DNA of 64,000 nucleotides, taken from the NCBI GenBank assembly GCA_021786315.1, contig JAJYNN010000002.1:270997-334996 (forward strand), written 5' to 3'. The first letter of the stretch is position 1, and the number at the start of each line of letters is the position of its first letter. The notes below the pieces were generated by a model. It saw nothing but the letters and a program-made list of their open reading frames with translations. It did no database searches and was not told the DNA's origin. Of the stretch, positions 10,167-18,499 are shown piece by piece. The stretch is from a bacterium. GTDB lineage: Bacteria; Patescibacteriota; Microgenomatia; Daviesbacterales; UBA10151. A program made the position numbers and the translations under genes.

Positions 10167-12038
10167 ATGCCAACAAAAGAAGGAAGTAGCCCCCAACAGA
10201 TTCTGGAAGTATACGGAATGCCACCAGTGAGAAAAGAAAATTATTTTGGACGCGGCGCTATCAACCTGCTTGCTCCGTTAGACTACAAGATGAGCATGTT
10301 GATCGGGGATCCGGATAGCGAAACGGCAATTATTACGGCTTGGGGTGACCCTTGGCACGCTTTACCCGAGGATATAGTGAAGGAATGCTCGGTAGCTGCC
10401 TCTCTAAGAATTCCCTGGGGTGTGGATTTAATGCTGCACAATTTAGCCAGTAATCCCCATATTCGGAGGGTGGGAATTTATGCCGCCGGGAAAAACGACA
10501 ACACCGAAACCGGGCAGATGCCTCTGGGTATTACCCGATCTTTGTGGACTAATGGAGTAACAGATGAGGGTGGGGTTATTGGCACTGGCCATAAACTTTC
10601 TCCGGAGCTGGTAAACGACGGCGCTATTGAAGCTGTCAGAGGTGTTTTAAATAATGTGGAGCTGTGTGAGTGGAGCCATCTTTCCCCGGAGGAATTATTA
10701 CAGGAAATTCAAAGATTCCCAAAGGTTGGACCATATGGGGAGAAGGTAGTGCTTCCGGAATTTAAAATCCAGGAAGTGGATACCTGGCCATCAGAGCTGG
10801 AGGGGCTAGTGGTTCGCAGGAGAGGAGCTTTTAATGCTTGGTTGGGAATAATTTCATCTATTATGCGTTATGGGCGGGAAGCATGTTTAGAAACAGCTAC
10901 CAGTATTAAGATTAAGGAACTTCCCTTTGTTCGGGTGGTGATTGAGGGCGAGAGGCCCTTTGATGATATTCCCCAATGGGCTTTGGACCTAAAAGCAGTA
11001 TCAATCACTCCTGAGGGATTGGAAGACTATTACCAAAGAATTTTTAGACCCGAGAGGCACCTCAAGGAGATCTTTCCTGGAGTGAAAAAGTTTGAAAGGC
11101 CAAAAGAGGAGAAGTATTTGTATGGGGAGTTAATCCATGCTTTTCCTAGGGATGAAAAGTACACCCGGGCTGTGTTGGAGCTGGCAAAACAAAGCGGCAT
11201 TCAAGTTACCAGGCAATTTTTGCGGGGTCTTGCTGGAGAGGCTACCGAGCAAATGGAAGAAACTGCTGACAGTGTTATTTCGGCAAAAGATTTGGATCCA
11301 GTACAACAAGCAGAGATTTTGCTAGAGGTGTATACACCAAGAACGAATCAGGTAGCCAAGGCTATCGAAAGAATCCGCCAGATTCCTGATGATGCCGATA
11401 AAACCTTTATCCTCTGGGATCCGGAAACCCATGGGATGCAATACCGGGGCAGACCATGTCTTTTGGAAATGGGACTTTTGGTAAGAGATGGGGCAATTTC
11501 CGGAAAAGCCGTCTTCCGGACGCATGACATGGCTAAAGGCTGGTTGCTCAACGCTTATGGAATCTGGAGAACTGTTGAGGATATTTGTAAAGAAACCGGC
11601 TATAAACAAGGTCCTCTGGTCATGGAATCGGAATCAGCTCATTTCTACAAAGGCGATATCAATTGGGTTAATGAGCTTTGGCAACAAGAGGTGCTCACTA
11701 GAGATATAGCTAAGCGGTTTGATTCAGCAAAGGCTGATCCCCGCGGTAACATTGTTGTGGATATTACCCCCGATAACAGGGTAGTAGTGAAGCTGACTGA
11801 CCCAAAGAGCGGAGCTACTATTCATAAATTTGAGGAAGATTCTGCCCGAGAGGCTCTTGCCCGTTTATCTCAGGAAGAAATTATTTCTCAACCCGGACAT
11901 GGTCTAGATATTGGTTTGCAATTAGGAGTTTTGGAGGTTGCCAGAAGATTGCGGGGAAAGGGTGTTGATATAGTCTTTACGCAAGATCAACCGTTTAAAA
12001 CTTGGGGAGCAGTTGAAGCAGAAGTAATAAAGGACTAA
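10167..12038 (+). CDS. divergent thymidylate synthase/dCMP-hydroxymethylase superfamily protein, 623 aa with large insertions and a C-terminal extension
   Basis: By eye against E. coli ThyA: IRQIPDDADKTFILWDPE aligns with LKNDPDSRRIIVSAWNVGE. GRPCLLE aligns with the APCH catalytic Cys. FRTHDMAKGWLLNAYG aligns with YQRSCDVFLGLPFNIASY, with the uracil-specifying Asn retained. ESAHFY aligns with GDTHLY. The N-terminus (KENYFGRGAINLL) resembles the TS N-terminal DRTGTGTLSIFG. Confidence 0.65.
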   Translation: MPTKEGSSPQQILEVYGMPPVRKENYFGRGAINLLAPLDYKMSMLIGDPDSETAIITAWGDPWHALPEDIVKECSVAASLRIPWGVDLMLHNLASNPHIRRVGIYAAGKNDNTETGQMPLGITRSLWTNGVTDEGGVIGTGHKLSPELVNDGAIEAVRGVLNNVELCEWSHLSPEELLQEIQRFPKVGPYGEKVVLPEFKIQEVDTWPSELEGLVVRRRGAFNAWLGIISSIMRYGREACLETATSIKIKELPFVRVVIEGERPFDDIPQWALDLKAVSITPEGLEDYYQRIFRPERHLKEIFPGVKKFERPKEEKYLYGELIHAFPRDEKYTRAVLELAKQSGIQVTRQFLRGLAGEATEQMEETADSVISAKDLDPVQQAEILLEVYTPRTNQVAKAIERIRQIPDDADKTFILWDPETHGMQYRGRPCLLEMGLLVRDGAISGKAVFRTHDMAKGWLLNAYGIWRTVEDICKETGYKQGPLVMESESAHFYKGDINWVNELWQQEVLTRDIAKRFDSAKADPRGNIVVDITPDNRVVVKLTDPKSGATIHKFEEDSAREALARLSQEEIISQPGHGLDIGLQLGVLEVARRLRGKGVDIVFTQDQPFKTWGAVEAEVIKD

Positions 12039-12047
12039 ACTAAAAAT

Positions 12048-12614
12048 ATGGCAGTTTTAGGACTTGATGAAGTACTTCGAAGAGTAAAAGAAGAAGGCCT
12101 CCTGGAAAATTTGGGAGACCGGGATTTAAATAACCCTGAAGGTGCGGGGTTGGATTTGCGTCTGGGAATTTTGTCCCGGATGACAGAAGGAGGGGCGTTT
12201 ATTGAAAGTGATGGGCCGGAAGGTTTAGGTAAAAGAAAGGGTGTTCAAACTGAGGTAGTTGCTGAATATAAACCAGGAGCCAAAACCCAGGAAGAAGTAG
12301 TTATTAAACCGGGTGAATATTATTTCGTTACCACTATTGAATCATTTAATGCTTCGGAAGACTTGTTATTTGTTCTTTATCCAAGAACTACTTTAATGAG
12401 AATGGGGCTTTTGCTTTTGGCCAACCGGGGAGATCCGGGATATAAGGGAACTGTTTCTATGGGTTTAGTAAATTTAAGTAAATTTGATGTCAAATTACAA
12501 ATGGGAGCCAGGGTTTGTAATGTAGTTTTCTATAAAGTAGAGGGTGAAACAGTTATGTACCGTGGCCAGCACGGCGGAAGGATAACTCCTACAGAGGTCG
12601 AACAACAAGTCTAA
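12048..12614 (+). CDS. dCTP deaminase-family protein (paralog 3; Dcd or bifunctional Dcd-Dut-like)
   Basis: 188 aa. Shows GLDLRLG, PRTTLMRMGLLL (compare GRSSLARLGL), GDPGYKGTVSMGLVN and CNVVFYKVEGE. The C-terminal dUTPase motif 5 is absent. Confidence 0.7.
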   Translation: MAVLGLDEVLRRVKEEGLLENLGDRDLNNPEGAGLDLRLGILSRMTEGGAFIESDGPEGLGKRKGVQTEVVAEYKPGAKTQEEVVIKPGEYYFVTTIESFNASEDLLFVLYPRTTLMRMGLLLLANRGDPGYKGTVSMGLVNLSKFDVKLQMGARVCNVVFYKVEGETVMYRGQHGGRITPTEVEQQV

Positions 12615-13079
12615 GCCCCAAGAAAGAGACCATCTTGTAGTAAAAACTACCCTGTTGACAAGAATTCCCAAAAGCTGCTACGTTTAAATGTACTGATCTG
12701 CTCCTGGCAGATTTTTTGTGATTTATGGAATCTGAATCGAAAATTGGACGGGAACAAAATAATAAAAATAATAACGGAACGGAAAGCATTCCGTCTAAAG
12801 CCCTTTATCCTGATAAAGGTGGACACTTTTTAAGAAGCCAATACTGGAAAGCGATGAAACTAATCGACCGCTCTTCTGAGCCCAGTTTCCGTTCAATGGT
12901 AACTGTTCCTGTTACTCCAGCAGATGTTAGCTGGCAAAGAAGAAGGTTCATGCCGCGCCATGGTATTAATGACGGTAGGCATTGACTTAAATCAAGGAAG
13001 CAGTTAGAATATCTGCAGTAAACATCTATTACTAGAGTTTTCCTGAATCCACTGGTAATAGAGAAGTCTAAGGAAAACG

Positions 13080-13904
13080 ATGAGTATTTCAGTTCCTTCA
13101 ATGCAGGATTTGTTAGAAGCGGGTGTTCATTTTGGACACCAGGTCCGCCGTGGCCACCCCAGGATGAAAGAGTTTATCTTTGGTGCCCGCGAAGGTGTCC
13201 ACATCATTAACCTGGAACACTCCGAGAAACTTTTACAGGAAGCTGCAGATTATGTTAATAAATTGGGGGCTGAGGGCAAGGTTATCCTTTTTGTGGGGAC
13301 CAAAAAACAAGCCCAGCCAATTATTAAAGAAGCAGCCGAAAAATGTAACGCTCCTTATGTTGATATCAAATGGATTGGCGGGTTCTTAACCAACTTTGAC
13401 GAAATCCGCAAGAATGTTAAAAAGCTTAATGATTTGGCAGAAAAAACCGAAAAAGGTGAATTAGTCCGTACTAAGAAAGAGCAGCTCTTGATTTCCAAGA
13501 AGCTGGAAAAGTTTGGCAAGGAATGGGGTGGAATTGCCAACATGGACAAGCTTCCGGATGCTTTGTTTATTGTCGATTGCGTGATGGAAAAGACTGCTGT
13601 TTTAGAGGCCAACAGGATGGAAATCCCGGTCATCGGCATTGCGGATTCCAACTGTAACCCGGCTCTTTTGGCCTTCCCGATTCCCGGAAACGATGATGCT
13701 ACCAAATCAATCAAGATTATTGTGGATGCTATCGCCGATGCTTATTCCCAAGGGTTAAAAGCTGCCGGGAAAGCGGCTGAAGCCAAGAAGAAAGAAGAAG
13801 AGGCTAAAGAAGAGAAAGCTGACGCTTCAATCGAAGCTGATGTGGAAGATGCTGAGGTGGCTGTAGAACAAGAAGCGGTTGAAGAAGCGAAAAGAGAAGT
13901 TTAA
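13080..13904 (+). CDS. rpsB: 30S ribosomal protein S2
   Basis: VHFGHQVRRGHPRM, and an acidic C-terminal tail. Confidence 0.95.
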   Translation: MSISVPSMQDLLEAGVHFGHQVRRGHPRMKEFIFGAREGVHIINLEHSEKLLQEAADYVNKLGAEGKVILFVGTKKQAQPIIKEAAEKCNAPYVDIKWIGGFLTNFDEIRKNVKKLNDLAEKTEKGELVRTKKEQLLISKKLEKFGKEWGGIANMDKLPDALFIVDCVMEKTAVLEANRMEIPVIGIADSNCNPALLAFPIPGNDDATKSIKIIVDAIADAYSQGLKAAGKAAEAKKKEEEAKEEKADASIEADVEDAEVAVEQEAVEEAKREV

Positions 13905-13914
13905 GATTAATAAG

Positions 13915-14370
13915 ATGGCTATTTCCACAGAAGATATCAAGAAATTACGGGAAGAAACGGGAGCCGGGATTGCGGACTGCAAAGAAGCCTTAACTGAATC
14001 CGATGGTGATATGGCCAAAGCCAAAGAATGGTTAAAGCAAAAAGGTTTTGACCGGGCCGCTAAAAAATCCGAAAGGGAAGTCAAATCCGGAGTTGTCGAA
14101 GTTTATTCCCACGGTGGCAGGGTTGGTGTAGTTGTGGAGGTGCTTTGTGAAACCGACTTTGTGGCCAAAACGGAAGATTTTAAGAACTTAGCTCACGAAA
14201 TTGCCTTGCAAATTGCTTCCATGAACCCGGAAGACAAAGAGGCGCTGCTTGCCCAGGAATATATCCGGGATAACAGCCAAACCATCTCCGACATGATAAA
14301 ATCAGTGGTAGGAAAGCTCGGAGAAAATATCCAAATCGGAAAGTTTTGCCGGGTAGTTCTCGGAGAGTGA
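13915..14370 (+). CDS. tsf: elongation factor Ts (short form)
   Basis: MAISTEDIKKLREETGAGIADCKEAL (UBA-like N-terminus of EF-Ts). ATG at 13915 lies downstream of the rpsB stop. The track ORF starts earlier, at 13879. Confidence 0.9.
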   Translation: MAISTEDIKKLREETGAGIADCKEALTESDGDMAKAKEWLKQKGFDRAAKKSEREVKSGVVEVYSHGGRVGVVVEVLCETDFVAKTEDFKNLAHEIALQIASMNPEDKEALLAQEYIRDNSQTISDMIKSVVGKLGENIQIGKFCRVVLGE

Positions 14371-14419
14371 CTAGATTTAGGATTTAAGATCTTAATTCCT
14401 AAACCCTAATTCTTAATTC

Positions 14420-14974
14420 ATGGATAATGTTTTAATCGAAGCCAATAATAGAATCCAACAAGCATTGGAGCATCTCAAAAAGGATTTGTCTACCATTCGG
14501 GCCGGTCGTGCCAACCCCACTTTAATTGAAGAAGTCCCGGTCAATGTTTATGGTTCCCGGATGAAGCTTGTGGAATTGGGGACCATTTCCGCCCCACAGC
14601 CTTCGCTTTTGACTGTCCAAATTTGGGATGCCAGTGTTGTCCAGGATGTTTTGAAATCCTTACAGGAAGCCAATTTAGGCTTAAATCCTTCTGTCGAAGG
14701 CCAGACTATCAGGCTGCCTATCCCCCCGCTGACTGCCGAAAGAAGGGAAGAGTTTATTAAACTAGCCCATCAAAAAATGGAGGGTGCAAGAATTGAAATC
14801 AGACAAATCCGTCAGGATGTCCGCGAGGAATGGAAGAAAGCTGAAGATGATAAAGAGTTTGGCGAAGATGAGTTTGAGAGAAGAAGTAAACTGCTTCAGG
14901 AGCTGATTGATAAATCTAGTGGGCAGATTGATGAACTAGGTAAGGCAAAAGAGGAAGAGCTATCACAAGTCTAG
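14420..14974 (+). CDS. frr: ribosome recycling factor
   Basis: 184 aa. LSTIRAGRANPTLIEEVPVNVYG, and a C-terminal coiled coil. Confidence 0.93.
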   Translation: MDNVLIEANNRIQQALEHLKKDLSTIRAGRANPTLIEEVPVNVYGSRMKLVELGTISAPQPSLLTVQIWDASVVQDVLKSLQEANLGLNPSVEGQTIRLPIPPLTAERREEFIKLAHQKMEGARIEIRQIRQDVREEWKKAEDDKEFGEDEFERRSKLLQELIDKSSGQIDELGKAKEEELSQV

Positions 14975-15038
14975 ATTTAAGAATGTAGATTTAAGATTTA
15001 AGAATAATTCCTAAATCCTAATTCCTAAATCCTAAATC

Positions 15039-16166
15039 ATGGTTATTACAATAATTGTTTTTATTCTCACGCTTTTAATTTTGGTCATCTCTCATGAATT
15101 TGGGCATTTTATTACGGCCAAAAAGTTTGGTATCAAAGTTTTGGAATTTGGTTTTGGGCTGCCTCCAAAAATCTGGGGTAAAAAGGTTGGGGAAACCTTA
15201 GTTTCTATTAACTGGCTGCCTTTGGGCGGCTTTGTTCGTTTGTTTGGAGAAGACGAAGTGGACAAAAAGGTTCTAAAAAATGAACGCTCTTTTGCGGCAA
15301 AACCAGTTGGCCAAAGGATTGTGGTGGTTGTTGCCGGAGTGGCGATGAACTTTCTTCTGGCAGCCCTAATCTTTTGGGTTGTCCTTTTTGCCGAAGGGTT
15401 CCGTGAACAAGTGCCGCTTTTAACCCCGTACCATTTTGTGGGGGTTAACCAGACCGATGAGACGCTTGTTTTGGTTGGTGGAGTGGCAAAAGATTCTCCG
15501 GCGGGGGCAGCGGGCATTAAGCCTGGAGACCAGATATTAAAGTTTGACAGTACGGCAATTACCGGCAGCGAACAGTTGATGTCTTTAACCAAAGCCCACG
15601 CCGACCAGCCGGTAAACCTGACTTTACAGGATCCGGAAAGGAACCAAAGGGAAGTGACAGTTACTCCCCGGGGCAATCCTCCGGCAGGTCAGGGTGCCTT
15701 GGGGGTAGAAATTGGTTCGGTAACGGTGGCCAATTTGAATTACCAGAGCTTTCCCCAGCGGCTTTTTTCCGGTATCACCCACAGCTATAACTTGGGTTCG
15801 TACTCGCTGACTGTTTTGGGGAGGTTTATTGGGGAAGCTATTTCCAGCCGGAATGTTGCTCCTGTTGCCGGTTCGGTATCCGGGCCTGTAGGGATTACCA
15901 ACATTGCCGGCATGATTTTACAAAGTAAATCACCACTGCTTCCTTATCTAAGTTTTATAGCTATGCTTTCCTTGAACTTAGCAATGATTAATATTTTGCC
16001 TTTTCCGGCTTTGGATGGGGGAAGGCTGGTATTTTTGGTGGTTGAGCTTATAACCAGGAGGCGGGTGAAAGCTGAGGTTGAAAGATGGGTACACACAATT
16101 GGTATGGTTATCCTTATTGCTTTGATTGTTTTGGTGACTTTTTCCGATATTAAAAAATTCTTCTAA
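15039..16166 (+). CDS. rseP: RIP zinc metalloprotease RseP (site-2 protease)
   Basis: HEFGHF HExxH motif in TM1, a PDZ domain, a C-terminal LDGG motif, and multiple TM segments. Confidence 0.9.
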   Translation: MVITIIVFILTLLILVISHEFGHFITAKKFGIKVLEFGFGLPPKIWGKKVGETLVSINWLPLGGFVRLFGEDEVDKKVLKNERSFAAKPVGQRIVVVVAGVAMNFLLAALIFWVVLFAEGFREQVPLLTPYHFVGVNQTDETLVLVGGVAKDSPAGAAGIKPGDQILKFDSTAITGSEQLMSLTKAHADQPVNLTLQDPERNQREVTVTPRGNPPAGQGALGVEIGSVTVANLNYQSFPQRLFSGITHSYNLGSYSLTVLGRFIGEAISSRNVAPVAGSVSGPVGITNIAGMILQSKSPLLPYLSFIAMLSLNLAMINILPFPALDGGRLVFLVVELITRRRVKAEVERWVHTIGMVILIALIVLVTFSDIKKFF

Positions 16167-16173
16167 GCCCGTT

Positions 16174-16488
16174 GTGGGATCCCTAACTGCTCAATTTTCT
16201 GCTTTGAGGTATTATTGGCATCTGTCCATGAAAAATGAGAAGCTGCCTGAGAATAACCCTGAAGAATTACAAAGAGAGGATATGACCAAAAGGATGGGTC
16301 TGCTTTTGGTTTGGGCCCAATCAGTCAAGACTATTGCTGACCAAATAGAAACTGAATTGGGAGGGGCGGGGATTCCGGTAATCAAGGAATACAAACTTGC
16401 ATCCTACAAATTGGCATTAGATCTATCGATGAATGCACAAATTTTGCGTAAGGCTTTAGGATCTACTGAGGTTTATTCGGGAGGTTGA
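16174..16488 (+). CDS. hypothetical protein
   Basis: 104-aa ORF in a gene-dense context. No motif. Confidence 0.35.
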   Translation: MGSLTAQFSALRYYWHLSMKNEKLPENNPEELQREDMTKRMGLLLVWAQSVKTIADQIETELGGAGIPVIKEYKLASYKLALDLSMNAQILRKALGSTEVYSGG

Positions 16489-16494
16489 ACGGAT

Positions 16495-16662
16495 ATAGTA
16501 CCTGTGTTAGGATATATTTAAGAAAGGCTGCGAAGGAGTTTCCCGCTCCGGAGTCGCATACGAGGAGTATTGCCGGAGGTTCCGTAATAACCAAAAATGA
16601 GAAGCAACTAAGGTGGTACCACGAGAGCACCTCGTCCTTGGATTAAAGGAGGGTGCTTTTTT
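16495..16662 (+). promoter_or_regulatory. T-box riboswitch leader upstream of proS
   Basis: Conserved T-box sequence AACTAAGGTGGTACCACGAG (consensus AATTAGGGTGGTACCGCGG). It is followed by a terminator hairpin gcacctcgtcc...ggagggtgc plus TTTTTT (16657-16662), immediately before the proS ATG. Confidence 0.6.
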
Positions 16663-16676
16663 GTTACACTAAAAAT

Positions 16677-18116
16677 ATGGCAAACCAGGGTAAATACATT
16701 ACTAAAAAAAGTGAAAACTTGTCTGATTGGTATAACGATGTGATTATTGCAGCTAAACTGGCTGAACACGGCCCTGTCCGCGGGACAATGATTATCCGCC
16801 CTTATGGATATGCCATCTGGGAGGCGATTCAAAAAAATTTAGACACTCGGATCAAAGATTTAGGCGCTGAAAATGCATATTTCCCAATGTTTATTCCTTA
16901 TTCTTTTTTGGAAAGGGAAAAGGATCACGTCGAGGGATTTTCGCCGGAGCTGGCTGTAGTGACCCACGCTGGCGGGGAAAAGTTGCCTGAGCCGCTGGTA
17001 GTCCGTCCAACTTCGGAAACAATTATTTATGATGCCTTCTCCCGTTGGATTCAATCCTACCGTGACTTGCCTTTGACGGTTAACCAGTGGAGTAATGTAG
17101 TGCGCTGGGAGAAACGCCCGTATCTGTTTTTAAGGACAACTGAATTTTTGTGGCAAGAAGGCCATAGCGCTCATAAAAGTAACGAGGAGTCACAAGAGTT
17201 GGTAGAGCAGGCCTTAAAGATGTACGTCGAAACTTATCAGGACGACTTGGCCTTATTCGGTTATGCAGGAAGAAAATCTGAAAGTGAAAAATTTGCCGGC
17301 GCTGTTGCTACCTATTCTTATGAAATGCTGATGCCGGATGGTAAAGCTTTACAGGGCTGCACTTCCCACAACTTAGGCCAAAATTTCTCCAAAGTCTTTA
17401 ATGTTAAATACCAAACTGAAAAAGGCCAGGAAGACTTAGTCTGGCAAAATTCCTGGGGTTTTACTACCCGCTCTATTGGCGGTTTGATTATGGCCCACGG
17501 AGATGATAACGGCTTAATTTTGCCTCCAGGTGTGGCTCCTATCCAGGTAAAAATTATTCCGATTGTGACCAAGAACTCTGACAATAAAGAAATTGAGGCA
17601 TTAGCCCAAAAAGCTTTTGCTGTTTTGGAAGGCCGGGATATCCGGGTGCGGATTGATAATAGCGATGCTTCCCCGGGCTGGAAATTTAACCAGGCGGATT
17701 TAGAGGGGGTGTCCCTCCGGGTTGAAATTGGAGCGACGGAAGCCAAAGAAGGAAAAGTTAGGGTGGTGAGGCGTGATAATAAGGAAAGTTTTCTCTTGAA
17801 CCCCCAGGAATTAGGGGACCAGGTAGATGAGATCTTGGCTAAAATGCAAAGTGACCTTTTGGAAAGGTCCAAGAAGTTTACCCTGGAAAATACCCGGGAA
17901 GCCCGGACTTACCCTGATTTTAAAGAGATTATGAATACCACCAAAGGGTTTATCAAGGCTTTTTGGTGTGAGGACCCGCATTGTGAGGAGATGATTAAAG
18001 AGGAAACTAAGGCTTCAACCAGGTGTTTGCCTTTGGGTTCGGAACCTTCAGAAGGGGTTTGTATTTATTGTCAAAAACCGGCAAAATTCCAGTGGCTGTT
18101 TGCCCAATCATATTAA
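16677..18116 (+). CDS. proS: prolyl-tRNA synthetase, archaeal/eukaryotic type
   Basis: Class II motifs, no INS editing domain, and a C-terminal Zn-binding domain (CIYC) ending in Tyr. ATG at 16677 chosen so the start lies after the T-box terminator. Confidence 0.9.
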   Translation: MANQGKYITKKSENLSDWYNDVIIAAKLAEHGPVRGTMIIRPYGYAIWEAIQKNLDTRIKDLGAENAYFPMFIPYSFLEREKDHVEGFSPELAVVTHAGGEKLPEPLVVRPTSETIIYDAFSRWIQSYRDLPLTVNQWSNVVRWEKRPYLFLRTTEFLWQEGHSAHKSNEESQELVEQALKMYVETYQDDLALFGYAGRKSESEKFAGAVATYSYEMLMPDGKALQGCTSHNLGQNFSKVFNVKYQTEKGQEDLVWQNSWGFTTRSIGGLIMAHGDDNGLILPPGVAPIQVKIIPIVTKNSDNKEIEALAQKAFAVLEGRDIRVRIDNSDASPGWKFNQADLEGVSLRVEIGATEAKEGKVRVVRRDNKESFLLNPQELGDQVDEILAKMQSDLLERSKKFTLENTREARTYPDFKEIMNTTKGFIKAFWCEDPHCEEMIKEETKASTRCLPLGSEPSEGVCIYCQKPAKFQWLFAQSY

Positions 18117-18157
18117 CATTTGTTTTATTCTTTCTGCTAAGTTAGAATTCTTATTCT

Positions 18158-18454
18158 ATGGAAAGCGCTAACTGTAGAATAAACCCTAATAAAGTTTGCC
18201 AACCTGGAGAGTTTGCTGACAATAAAACGGCTTGCTGTGTGAGAAGATGTCTAGAGGTTAAATCGATTTTCCGAAAAGGAGGAGGATTTTCCCCGCAAGA
18301 AGAGATAAAAATTGCAATGAAAAAAGTAGGATTTGCAGGATATGAGGTAGAAAGAGCCCTGGATTATTTACATAGATCTAAACATGTAGAGTTCAAAAAG
18401 GGCGGAAACGGTGCAAGAACGTGGGGGTTGGTAAATAGAGCTATAAATGAATAA
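18158..18454 (+). CDS. hypothetical protein
   Basis: 98-aa ORF, Cys-rich N-terminus. Confidence 0.35.
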   Translation: MESANCRINPNKVCQPGEFADNKTACCVRRCLEVKSIFRKGGGFSPQEEIKIAMKKVGFAGYEVERALDYLHRSKHVEFKKGGNGARTWGLVNRAINE

Positions 18455-18499
18455 TCAATCATTGATTTTAAGCTCAACTTCTGGTAAATTACTCTAGAT

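Noticed and set aside
12615-13079. ORFs 12725-12985 (+), 12589-12789 (-) and 12805-13101 (-) in the dcd-like to rpsB intergenic region.
   Set aside because: They are short, mutually overlapping and motif-free. The region more plausibly holds the rpsB promoter/leader.
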